Made by a program: the position numbers and the translations under genes
The notes under the pieces: generated by a model
Told to the model about the DNA's origin: nothing
Databases searched by the model: none
What the model saw: the letters and a program-made list of their open reading frames with translations, nothing else
Shown here: positions 29,090-38,482 of the stretch, one piece after another
Position numbering within the stretch: the first letter of the stretch is position 1
Layout: every line of letters starts with the position of its first letter
Source of the DNA: Longimicrobiales bacterium
GTDB lineage: Bacteria; Gemmatimonadota; Gemmatimonadetes; Longimicrobiales; Gaopeijiaceae
Assembly: GCA_965116905.1 (NCBI GenBank)
Contig: OZ220732.1
Location: forward strand, 736,001 to 800,000
Length of the DNA: 64,000 bases
Direction: 5' to 3'

Positions 29090-30490
29090 TCACCCCTCGT
29101 TCCCGAGCACTATTTCGATCCAATCTGATGGCCGTCCTTGCTGAAGCAACTTGAAGACCGAACGACGCGCCACGTGGAATCCGGAGTTGAACGCTTCCTC
29201 CGGGCGCTTGGCCGATGGCGTGTTCTTCGCGTGGATGATGTCTGAGCGGGTCTTGTAGAACTGCCGCACATCATCAAACACGCGCCGTCTGGTCTTCCGA
29301 TCGGATTCGAGGAACCAGGCAGCTCTGGCCGCAAGCGTTTGGCTGCTGGTCCAGCCTTGTCGGTACATCTGCTCCAATACGATCGCCAAGTCCAGGATAC
29401 TGTCGGTGGCGGCGTACTGTCCTGCCCGTGCGAGAGCTTGTGAGAGTCTCGCGACAACGGGCTCCAGATCGCCAAGACGGCTATCGTCCAACGCTAGGAA
29501 GATTCGCTTGGCCTCGCCGAACGCCTCATCGTCGAGTTCGCTGGGGCTCCGCAGCCTGGCGACAGACAGTTTCCATGCGGTCGGTGTGGTACTGCCGTGG
29601 TAGTGCGGCTGGCCGAGCAGATGCAGGACCGTGCGATGAACGCAATACTCGATTTCCATCAACGGAACGACCGGCACGCCATGCGCGACCGCGAGGAGTT
29701 GGATGAACGTGCGCGCATCCTCGAAGAACGAACCTCCCCAGTCCAACTGAGGTTCACGTTCTTCGTCTGCGGGACCCAGAGAGAGCTTCCACGGGACGGG
29801 GCAGAGCATCGCGCCGACCGCAACATGGCCGCGACCTCGGGCGAACTCCGGTGCGACATCTTCCAACACACCTTTGTTGACAAAGGATTCGGTACGCTTC
29901 AGCGGTCTAGCGATCAGGTCGTCGGCGACCTGCAGGTCCTCGGTTAACTGCAGACCGTGGAAGAGTGAGACGTGGTATGCCACGGTCAGTTCGCTGGCAC
30001 CCGGGGCAGCGTCATCGCGGGCCGAATCAAGCAGTGACTCCAACTCGGTCGATGCGACAGTGAACTTGTCTTGGCCCGTCCGTCGGGCGCGAGACATGAG
30101 CCCCGCGACGATTCTCAAGCATGAGGTTTTCCGAGTTTGGTTCAGGATGCGGAACGAAAACTCATGTCCGCTTTCATCTTCCTCCAACACCGGCGTCAGG
30201 ACTGTGTGTTGGCCCACCTTGCGGGCGGCGTTTTCCAACGCTGTTCGCAGCGGTGGATATCGCTCCTTGGCATGGATCCCCTTGCTACGCCAGACATGCT
30301 GATAGAACGCGACACGGTCACGAGCTGGTTCAGATGCCGCGAAAGGCATCGGAAAGCGAGCGTCATCTAACTCTCGCTGGCGCTGTCTCTCAAGCATCTC
30401 ATCGAAGTAGTAGCGCTCGACTTCGTGGAGACGCTCAAGGGCCTCCACGAGGTTGGCTCGCCAATCGTTCCTATCGCACTTTGGTGTCAT
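29090..30490 (-). CDS. HEPN (ApeA-like) domain protein
   Basis: ILDLAIVLEQMY...LAARAAWFL...FYKTRSDIIH (RxxxxH motif). Confidence 0.8.
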   Translation of the reverse strand: MTPKCDRNDWRANLVEALERLHEVERYYFDEMLERQRQRELDDARFPMPFAASEPARDRVAFYQHVWRSKGIHAKERYPPLRTALENAARKVGQHTVLTPVLEEDESGHEFSFRILNQTRKTSCLRIVAGLMSRARRTGQDKFTVASTELESLLDSARDDAAPGASELTVAYHVSLFHGLQLTEDLQVADDLIARPLKRTESFVNKGVLEDVAPEFARGRGHVAVGAMLCPVPWKLSLGPADEEREPQLDWGGSFFEDARTFIQLLAVAHGVPVVPLMEIEYCVHRTVLHLLGQPHYHGSTTPTAWKLSVARLRSPSELDDEAFGEAKRIFLALDDSRLGDLEPVVARLSQALARAGQYAATDSILDLAIVLEQMYRQGWTSSQTLAARAAWFLESDRKTRRRVFDDVRQFYKTRSDIIHAKNTPSAKRPEEAFNSGFHVARRSVFKLLQQGRPSDWIEIVLGNEG

Positions 30491-30543
30491 CGTCCGTCCG
30501 AATGCATCGACCTCGCCACTGCCGGGGCCGGTCTAGGCCCCAC

Positions 30544-32166
30544 TCATCCGTAGCAACTCCGCTCGCTGAAGGTACCGTACAACCCGAGTTCCGCCTCCTC
30601 GAACTCCGGTGCGTACATGTAGCCTGGGAAGTTGATGGTCGCGAGAGTCAGCCTGGTGATGTAGGCCGGGTATTCGGCACTCCCCACTCCCAGCATCATG
30701 ATGTCGTTCGCCTCCCGGCTGACCAGTGTTTCGCCACCCCATGTTTGACTACGCTCGGCCTTGGCCGCCACACATGAATTGAGGTGGCCCTCGGGCGGGT
30801 ATGGCGAGTTGTCGTAGTACGACAACATCGGGATTCCGTACACGCCCGTTGGGAACCGCTTGGCCCAGTCCAGCTCTTTCTCGATGCCGCCGCCGTCTAC
30901 GTCGGCAAAGGTCCTGCGCCAGATGTATTCGACAGCTTCCCGGGCGCGGTCGCTCGTGGCGATACTGACCGTCTTGGTTCTGCCGGACTGGGTTTCATAG
31001 GTGTAGCTGTCGCCCGGCATGAACTGGAGTACATGGCCGATCTCATGGAGGGCGAGGGACACGTCCGCCACGCTCATGGTGATCAACCCGGCGGGTATCT
31101 GCTCCAGGGAGTCGGCGATGGCGGCCCGGTCGGCAATGTCATAGATGCAGTCTGCCGCCGTTCCGGGAGGCGAACCCGCCGTGCGGGAGACCCATATGTG
31201 GATACCCGCCTCAAGAGTGTCGCCAGCCCGAAATCCGGGCATTCCGCTTGGGCAATCTGGGTCGGCCTGGAACACGTAGGGCCGCGGCACCGACGGTACC
31301 AGGACGGCACCCCACCGCCTGACGGCCTCGGCAATCGCGTCACGAAACATGTCGTCGATCGGCGGCACTCCGGACCACGACGGCACTTCATGGATGTGGA
31401 AGGGGAACAGGCTCCTGACCACCAGGACATCGCTGCTGCCGGTCGCCGGCCCCAAGGTGGCCGTGATGGTCGCCTCGCCTTGGCCGAGGGCAGCGACCAG
31501 ACCCTGAGCATCCACAGAAGCCACTAGGGGCGAACGGGACGCCCACGTGAACTTCGCATGGGGCATCGGATTGCCCATCGCGTCCTCGGCCGCGGCCGAG
31601 AGGCGCACCGTGTCGCCCGCCACCAGAACTGCGTGGGTGGGCGGAACAGTCACCGAGACCTCCGCGGCCTCCTGGTGGACGGTGACCTGCATGGTACCGG
31701 ATATGCCTTCCGCCGCCTGTACCCGCGCGGTGATGGTCGCCTCGCCATCACTCAGGCTGACAATGGCGCCGACCATGGGCTGGTCGGTGATGTCAGTGCC
31801 AGCAACTGCCGGGTTGCTGCTCTCCCAGGCAATCGCATATCCAGACATCGGTTTGCCGTACTGATCACGCACTTCTGCGGTTACGAAGGCGAATTGGCGG
31901 TGGGCAGTCATCCGAAGGGCGGGTGGTGTGAGCACGACGACCGACGGTTGGGGAGGTTCGTCCGGCGGTGTGACCGCCGATGGGTCGTGCTGACAGGAAA
32001 CGGTCAGCACCACGGTCAGTATAGCCGCGCGGAGCGAGCGGGAACGGATCACCGGCCCACGACCTTCCTGCTTACGGCAGCCCCGATCCGATACCTCCCG
32101 ATGGGGCTGTGCCGTGTCCACGTCCTCAGAAGACTTGCTTCCATCCATTACTGTGTCCTTCCTCAT
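30544..32166 (-). CDS. Lipoprotein with Ig-like (Big_2) repeats and an HExxH zinc-metalloprotease domain
   Basis: LTVSC; WESSNPAVA and WASRSPLVASVDAQGLV...GEATITA; LALHEIGHVL. Start uncertain. Confidence 0.8.
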   Translation of the reverse strand: MRKDTVMDGSKSSEDVDTAQPHREVSDRGCRKQEGRGPVIRSRSLRAAILTVVLTVSCQHDPSAVTPPDEPPQPSVVVLTPPALRMTAHRQFAFVTAEVRDQYGKPMSGYAIAWESSNPAVAGTDITDQPMVGAIVSLSDGEATITARVQAAEGISGTMQVTVHQEAAEVSVTVPPTHAVLVAGDTVRLSAAAEDAMGNPMPHAKFTWASRSPLVASVDAQGLVAALGQGEATITATLGPATGSSDVLVVRSLFPFHIHEVPSWSGVPPIDDMFRDAIAEAVRRWGAVLVPSVPRPYVFQADPDCPSGMPGFRAGDTLEAGIHIWVSRTAGSPPGTAADCIYDIADRAAIADSLEQIPAGLITMSVADVSLALHEIGHVLQFMPGDSYTYETQSGRTKTVSIATSDRAREAVEYIWRRTFADVDGGGIEKELDWAKRFPTGVYGIPMLSYYDNSPYPPEGHLNSCVAAKAERSQTWGGETLVSREANDIMMLGVGSAEYPAYITRLTLATINFPGYMYAPEFEEAELGLYGTFSERSCYG

Positions 32167-32421
32167 CGGTGCGGAAACAGGTTGGATTCGGTGATTGAAA
32201 GGGTCATATTCGTCGAACCAGGAGGCCGCGATAGCACGATTCCTCGACGCTCTATATGAGCGACCATATCGCGATCACATAAACAGAAGGCGCGATATAA
32301 TTGTGATCCACCCAGGATTCCGCAATAGACCAGCGGAGCCCGCCGCCACCAGATCACCCAAGACATCGAACCAGCCGAACGTACGGCTTGCGTGGACCGG
32401 GTCCGACCCGGCCGGCCCCAA

Positions 32422-33549
32422 ATGACCGGCACTCTCCGACTACTCCCGCTGGGTCTCCTGCCCCTGTTGGCTTCGTGCGACGCGCTGAGCCCGTCAGTGG
32501 GTGCGATCTCCGGCCAGGTCGCCATTGACGGTCAGGGTGTCGGCGGCATCGAGGTGACGCTGAGCAGCGGAGTGAGCGCCACTACCGATGCAACCGGCGC
32601 TTACCGATTCGATCAGGTCCAGGGAGGTTTGTACACCGTCGCGATCAGCGGCTACCCGCTCGACGCCACCTTTCAAGCGACATCGGAACTGGCAGAGATC
32701 GTCGCCGATGGGCAGACGGCCATCGTCGACTTTCGAGGAGAGTACATACGCACTGCCAGCGTGATGGGGCGCGTGACCCTCGAGGGCCGGGTGCTCCCTG
32801 GTGTCACGGTGCAACTTGACGGGATGTCCGAACGCCTGACCGCGACGGACGGAGTCGGTCAGTTCGCGTTCGAATCGCTTCGGGCCGGAGCCTATACGGT
32901 GACGATATCCGACTTCGGGGAGGTCGAGTTCACCACGACCGCTCAATCCGTCTCGCTGGCCGTCGGTGAATCCAGGGTGCTCAGCTTCACCGGAAGGTAC
33001 GTCCGCAGTTCGAACATTTCGGCAACTGTAAGGGTTGCTGGCACCGGACTGCAGGGGGTCACCCTACGACTGGCGGGCCAAGGCGAGGTGGCCGACACCG
33101 TAACGGATGCCGCGGGGCAACACACATTCGCCGAACTCCGGGCAGGCACCTATTCCATCGAGATTTCCGGCTTCTGCAGTGACCATCTGAGTTTTCCGAA
33201 CACGAGCCAGGACGTGTCGGTGGCGGTGGATCAGACGGCGATCGTCACGTTCGACGGAAGTTACCTGCTCGAGGGCAGCATCGTCGGCCGGGTGTCGATC
33301 AAAGGCATGGGGATGGACGGGATATCGGTCTCCCTCAGCAATGGGGCCTCCACCGCAACGGCTGGTGGCGGGTGCTATCGCATCGACGATTTGGAGCCGG
33401 GCTCCTACACGGTCACGATCAGCGGATACCCTGCGGACGCCAGGTTCGACCAAACCTCAGCTCAGGTCACCATCGGTGATCACGGCGGGACGGTCACCGT
33501 CGACTTCCGCGGCGTCTACGACCGTACCGGGGGCATTGTTGGGGGCTAG
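32422..33549 (+). CDS. Lipoprotein with four carboxypeptidase-regulatory/SdrD-B-like repeats (probably truncated)
   Basis: LLASC; repeated G.V...TD..G.Y.F..L..G.YTV.ISG; a fifth repeat continues past the TAG. Confidence 0.82.
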   Translation: MTGTLRLLPLGLLPLLASCDALSPSVGAISGQVAIDGQGVGGIEVTLSSGVSATTDATGAYRFDQVQGGLYTVAISGYPLDATFQATSELAEIVADGQTAIVDFRGEYIRTASVMGRVTLEGRVLPGVTVQLDGMSERLTATDGVGQFAFESLRAGAYTVTISDFGEVEFTTTAQSVSLAVGESRVLSFTGRYVRSSNISATVRVAGTGLQGVTLRLAGQGEVADTVTDAAGQHTFAELRAGTYSIEISGFCSDHLSFPNTSQDVSVAVDQTAIVTFDGSYLLEGSIVGRVSIKGMGMDGISVSLSNGASTATAGGGCYRIDDLEPGSYTVTISGYPADARFDQTSAQVTIGDHGGTVTVDFRGVYDRTGGIVGG

Positions 33550-33728
33550 GTCAGCGTGGACGGCCAAGGGCTCGCTCGACCAGCCGTGGCGGACCGGATC
33601 TCAGGTCTCTTCCGCCACGCACGGTGATGTGGACACCCTGCGGTGTATCCTTCCTGAAGGAGGAAGGTGCATTCTCGTCCCGAGCTTTTCGATTCTCCGC
33701 TGTTCTCCTGGACAGATCGGACCCCAAG

Positions 33729-34202
33729 ATGAGCAGAAAAGGCAAGAATACGACCCATGAGGCGCTTCGGCGCTGGCGTGAAACCCCAGCCGTGAACCCC
33801 AGCCACAAGACGCCAGCACTCGGCGTGACCGAGCGGGGCGGCACGATTGACGTGAACAGTCGCAGATGGCGTACGGCGATGGCGGTGGCAACGATCGCGG
33901 TGGTAGCGCTAATGGCCCTGGGTCCACAGGAGACGCCAGACCTTACCACGCTATGGCACCAGCTTGAATCCTGTCAGGCGGATGAGCACAATGCCAATGA
34001 TCACATGCGTCGCATTGCCGCCTTCAATCGCAGTCGATTGCTCCCGCCCCACCAAGCCACATTCGACAGTCTCTCTACTGTGATCGATGCGATTCATCGC
34101 CGGGAAATGGAGGCCGGTGCCGACCTCTTCGCTGAATTGAGGAAGATCGGAGTGGTTCGGCAGTATCCGGTTGGCAGTGACTATCCACCATGTCCTCAAT
34201 AG
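33729..34202 (+). CDS. Hypothetical membrane-anchored protein
   Basis: Single hydrophobic segment (MAVATIAVVALMALG); start uncertain. Confidence 0.45.
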   Translation: MSRKGKNTTHEALRRWRETPAVNPSHKTPALGVTERGGTIDVNSRRWRTAMAVATIAVVALMALGPQETPDLTTLWHQLESCQADEHNANDHMRRIAAFNRSRLLPPHQATFDSLSTVIDAIHRREMEAGADLFAELRKIGVVRQYPVGSDYPPCPQ

Positions 34203-34367
34203 CGCCCGCGGACCTGACCGGAGCCTCGGAGCCATCTTGGAAGTGAAGTTGCCCCGCTTTGACGGACACCCTTTTTCGTTGGAGCCAGCGAGGAGGTGAG
34301 CCATGGCGGGAAATAGAGGGCGACCCCAGCGGTCCCCGCCGAGTCGGGCGCGCCGACCTGCAACTGT

Positions 34368-34522
34368 CAGCACGCGCTTCACCGCGGTGGTGTTGGTCTC
34401 CTCGAGGATCCTCTCCTCCGTCAAGTAGTCTCGAAGGAGGAGCAGATACGTCCCTTCTTCTGCGTCATGATGTGATTCTCCCTTGCTCACTGCCTCCCGG
34501 TACCGGCTCCTTCCCGCTGGGG
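34368..34522 (-). pseudogene. Scrambled remnant of the 7085-7719 TA pair
   Basis: Contains DYLTEERILEETNTTAVKRVL, the toxin/antitoxin junction (TGCGTCATGA.GTGATT) and GGCTCCTTCCCGCTGG from the toxin 5' end. Confidence 0.8.
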
Positions 34523-34624
34523 TCCCGCCGGTCGAGAGTCTCAATTCGTTGCGGCGCAGCGCGGCGGGGTCTACCATGCTGTGCGCTGCGGGTGCCATAC
34601 CCTCGGCGCAGACAAAGGAGCGAC

Positions 34625-34840
34625 ATGGACGTTGGCCGCATCGTATACATCACCGTGCTGGTGGCGTTCGCCGTGGGATTAGTGTTTTACTGCATCTTCG
34701 GCGACCACGAGGAACCGAAAAAGCCGGCCCCGCCGGACATCGACCTGTCGGACGTGCCGGACTTCTTCGACGACGAGGAGACGGCCAAGGCCAAGCGGAA
34801 GCGAATGCACGAACGCCTCTATTACGGTGGCGGCGAATGA
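34625..34840 (+). CDS. Small single-TM protein
   Basis: AAGGAG RBS; MDVGRIVYITVLVAFAVGLVFYCIF; ATGA overlap with the next gene. Confidence 0.65.
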   Translation: MDVGRIVYITVLVAFAVGLVFYCIFGDHEEPKKPAPPDIDLSDVPDFFDDEETAKAKRKRMHERLYYGGGE

Positions 34841-35148
34841 AGGTGCCGGAACCCCCGAACGGCTGGGCCGACCACGATCCCGCTGAAGTCTGGCTCAAGG
34901 CACTGGCCCGGCGCGGCTTCCCCTCCACCAAGGTGGGCCGGTCGGAGTGGCGGGCGACATGCCCCCTTTGCCGGAGCGTGGACAGGTTTCGCGTTCTGCG
35001 CGGCCCCGACGGCTACATCAGCGGCGGCGAGGACTCAAAGACAACGTTCACGAAGCCGCTGGACGTGCGGTGTCTGGACGGCTGCGACGTGCTGGCCGTC
35101 GCCCGAGTCCTCCATCCGTTCCAACGTGAGTGCGGCCGCGTCACGTGA
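34837..35148 (+). CDS. Small Zn-finger protein resembling a primase Zn-binding domain
   Basis: EWRATCPLC...DRFRV...VRCLDGCD. Confidence 0.6.
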   Translation: MKVPEPPNGWADHDPAEVWLKALARRGFPSTKVGRSEWRATCPLCRSVDRFRVLRGPDGYISGGEDSKTTFTKPLDVRCLDGCDVLAVARVLHPFQRECGRVT

Positions 35149-35339
35149 GCCTGTCCAGCCTGTTCGGCACAGTGGCGGGCGTTGCCAGCGTTTTCGGACC
35201 TTCACCGCATAGTTGTTGGGTAACGCGCGTGACAGACGTCAAGGGTGCGTGCCCGGCGGCTGCCGCCTCAAGATGGATCAGTGCTTCGTCAATCGAGGTT
35301 GAGGAGAGAACGAGGCGGCCCCGTGTGGTCACGGCCGAA

Positions 35340-35380
35340 ATGTCAACCACAGTTTCCATTCCGTAAACTCAAGTTGACAT
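35340..35380. repeat. 41-bp imperfect palindrome, copy 2
   Basis: ATGTCAACCACAGTTTCCATTCCGTAAACTCAAGTTGACAT. Confidence 0.9.
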
Positions 35381-35396
35381 CGGATGGCCATTGGGG

Positions 35397-36512
35397 TCAG
35401 AACAGGGTCGGATTGGGCAGCCGGAAGCGGACGCGACATCCTGCCGGGTAGCTGAAGCGCCTTTTCCGGGTTCCGGGCTCGACCTCGATTCGCTCGGCTT
35501 GTTCCATGGCTTTCAGCTGCTTCCTTAGGTGCCCTTCGTGGAATATGGTCGCGTCGGACTGCACGAATGTCACTACTTCCTCAATCGACACCCACCCCGC
35601 GTCGCGGAACCTTCGGTCGAGCGCGTCCGTGAGGGCTGTGAAGTCAGGCTCGGCAACACCGAGCATCACCATCTGCTCGGAGTCGCCCCCCCGAAAACTG
35701 AAGTCTCCAAATGGAGCGACCTTCCAGATTGCCTGCTTCATGCGGTCTGACCCGAGCGAGTGACCAGTGGCGAAGAACACGGAGTACCTGAGACTATTCC
35801 CCTTGTACAGGTGAAAGTGGAGCACATGGCTAGCGCCAGCGCTCTTGAGCTGGGCCTTGTAGAGGGAGTAGAGATGCCGACGCCGGTCACTACCATCCAT
35901 CGCCGCTGCTTGTCGCCACTCGGTGGTGCCGAACAACGCGTCCATGTGGGGCTCGAATTCTTCCGTGGTCAAGAAGCGGTTGATCTCCTCCCACATGAAC
36001 GTGACGTACACCTCGCATCTCGGGTTCTCGAGAATGCCCCGGACCACGCTGAGCGGGATGTCCTTGACGCCGAATGGGTCCATCATCACGAGGGCCGGGG
36101 CCATTTGCTTCTTTTGATCTTCCAGTTCCTGGAGCACTTCGGCCATACGGGATTGGAACGAGTCTTCCAGCACGTGGACTTGCGCGCTCGAGGGCAACTT
36201 GGGTCGCCACCGATTCACCCGCCCGTTGAGGTGTGCCGCTCGCTTGGGATCCTGCTCAATGAACACGAACACCACTTCTGCGCGGATGGTTGCCGGGTGC
36301 TCGGCCAGCACCCGCATGGCCACCACCGCGGAACCTTCTTCACCCCCGGCGTATTCGCCCGGTCCAGCGAACCCGTCGACGAATAGAATCCGACCATTCG
36401 CATTTCCCATGCCCAGAATCGGAAACCAGGCCTTCAGATACTCCGCCAGCAGGAGATGCTTGCCTTCTGTGTGGTCGTCTCGCTCCCAAATCGTCGCCCT
36501 TGGTGCTGCCAT
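35397..36512 (-). CDS. tcmP: Three-Cys-motif partner protein (TcmP family, SAM-binding fold)
   Basis: HTEGKHLLLAEYLKAW, FVDGFAGPGEY...GS, FIEQD, MDPFG; adjacent to DUF5131. Confidence 0.85.
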   Translation of the reverse strand: MAAPRATIWERDDHTEGKHLLLAEYLKAWFPILGMGNANGRILFVDGFAGPGEYAGGEEGSAVVAMRVLAEHPATIRAEVVFVFIEQDPKRAAHLNGRVNRWRPKLPSSAQVHVLEDSFQSRMAEVLQELEDQKKQMAPALVMMDPFGVKDIPLSVVRGILENPRCEVYVTFMWEEINRFLTTEEFEPHMDALFGTTEWRQAAAMDGSDRRRHLYSLYKAQLKSAGASHVLHFHLYKGNSLRYSVFFATGHSLGSDRMKQAIWKVAPFGDFSFRGGDSEQMVMLGVAEPDFTALTDALDRRFRDAGWVSIEEVVTFVQSDATIFHEGHLRKQLKAMEQAERIEVEPGTRKRRFSYPAGCRVRFRLPNPTLF

Positions 36513-36517
36513 CGACT

Positions 36518-37315
36518 CTACGCTAGCTCTACTTTGTCCTCGCCCGGAAACTCGTCCCAGGTCACCCCATCCAGCTCCCGTCCTCCGGCCTTTGGCGTCC
36601 GGCCACCCCACTGCTTGAAGAAGAACGGCACCCGCGCCGACCGGCACTGATCCCGCAGCTGCCTCGCCCACTGGCGACTCATCGGCCGCGCTCGCGCCCC
36701 GCTCTCGCCACCCACGATGACCCAATGCAGTCCCGCCGCCTGGTCGGACCCGTTCAGGAAGCCTCCCAGGTCAAGGGGGCCCAGCAGAGGCTCGCAGCTG
36801 AGAAAGCGGATGACGGCCGGGACCGCGAGAAGGTGCCGCACCCGGTAGTCAACCGCCTGATCCTCCACCGAGGTGCCGATCCAGATGTGGGCCGGAAGGC
36901 CGTCGGGCAGCAGGTCCCGGTTACGCCCGACGAACTTCGCCGCTCGGGCCGGTCGCTTGGTCAGCACCTGATACACGTGTCGATCCACGTCAAGCATCAC
37001 GCGGAAGCACCGCCTCACGAACTCCTCCGGAACGTCGCGGTGGAACAGGTCCGACATGGAGTTGACGAATACGCGCCGCGGAGCCCGCCAGGATCCCGGG
37101 ATCGCGAGCCTTGCCGGCCACACTCTGACCGCGAAGGGGTCGGCGCGGTTTTCGGGGGTGTCCACGACCGGCATGCGCGCCCGATAGGTGGTCGCCAGCA
37201 GCCTCTGGGAAAGGGTCGCCGCGTAGCAGTGGTCGCACCCCCGTGAAACGCGGGTGCATCCCGTCGTCGGGTTCCAGGTCGCGTCGGTCCATTCGATCGC
37301 GCTGCGGTCGGGCAC
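36518..37315 (-). CDS. DUF5131 / phage Gp37-Gp68 family (radical-SAM-like)
   Basis: IEWTDATWNPTTGCTRVSRGCDHCYA, FVNSMSDLFH, LTKRP, RFLSCEPLLG, WVIVGGESG, FFFKQWG; GTG start with GGAGG RBS. Confidence 0.92.
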   Translation of the reverse strand: MPDRSAIEWTDATWNPTTGCTRVSRGCDHCYAATLSQRLLATTYRARMPVVDTPENRADPFAVRVWPARLAIPGSWRAPRRVFVNSMSDLFHRDVPEEFVRRCFRVMLDVDRHVYQVLTKRPARAAKFVGRNRDLLPDGLPAHIWIGTSVEDQAVDYRVRHLLAVPAVIRFLSCEPLLGPLDLGGFLNGSDQAAGLHWVIVGGESGARARPMSRQWARQLRDQCRSARVPFFFKQWGGRTPKAGGRELDGVTWDEFPGEDKVELA

Positions 37316-37507
37316 GGCTGCCTCCTGGTTGGTAGGGTGCGGAATCGAGCCGAAAGATACCGTCTTCGGGTTTTGTTCGCCATCTCTATCTCGTGGCGGC
37401 CGGCCATTTGGGACGGCCTCGGTCCCCATCCAGTCCATGGTTCCTGCTGACGAACGGAGGGGAAGAACAGGGCGACGACGTGCAGTCCCGGTGACGTCGG
37501 CCACCCC

Positions 37508-38385
37508 GAATGGTACGGAGCCAGAGGGGAGAGTCCCTCAGGCCCATCAGGATGGTCCTCGTCGGGCTCGATGCGAGCGCCCACCGAATGGTGTCCTACC
37601 TGGCGGACAGGGCCATCGACGTCCGGCTGGTGACCTTCCATGGCTACGTTCACGACTCAAGAGATGCTGTTGGCCAGGCAGGTACGGGCTGCGGACGATA
37701 CCCGTACGTCGTCCGCCGGTCCGCCAACCGCGTTTGACCTGAAACGGAAGGCCACCGAGCACGGCGTCGCGGAGATCTGGCAGGATGCACGGGAATCGCT
37801 GGACTACAGTGTCGGACGTACTACACGAAAGCCGGCATCACCTATCTGCAGCGGACGACCACCCTGCCCGATGGCGTGCGTGTCCGCAGGTCGCATTCCG
37901 TAACGATCGGCGAGGCCGGAGAAATCCGGATCACGTTCTACCCGGCGGCCGTCGACCTGTGCTACGAGGAGTTCGAGCAGCTCAAGCGTGCGATTCCATT
38001 CGGAGCCGAGAAGCGCCCGAACGCGCCGGCGACGCGACGGGCGACGAATCGGTGGTACTGTCGGCTCGACGAACGGTCATGGCAGAGGTTCAGGACGCCT
38101 CTGATTGCGTTTGTGCGGGCCGTGGAGGACGCTTGGCGGGGGCATGAGCGGAAGGTGGCGGATGCCGGTAGCGCGCGCGTTGCGACAGACGAAGCGGAGT
38201 TGGGGAACAGGTAGTCCTTTCGACTGGGGGGATTGCCGAGCCGCAACGAACCCCGGCATGACCTGCCTGCAGCGGACGACCTGCCTGCCTGACGACGTGC
38301 GTGTCCGCGGGTCGGTTCCGAGACGATCGACATCTTGGACAGATACGGAACACATTCTGTCCGGCGGCCGTCGCAGGCCGACCGT
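37508..38385 (+). repeat. Truncated-gene scaffold repeat, copy B (frameshifted) plus degenerate echo
   Basis: Begins at EWYG; several frameshifts to the stop at 38214; decayed second partial copy at about 38253-38385. Confidence 0.9.
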
Positions 38386-38482
38386 AACTAGCCTCGGGCG
38401 AAGAGGTCACTGCCTCGGTGTCAAACCGCGCTACGAGGGGCACCGGCGTTTCCATTCATTCTCGGGGCCGAGATGCGGCGCG

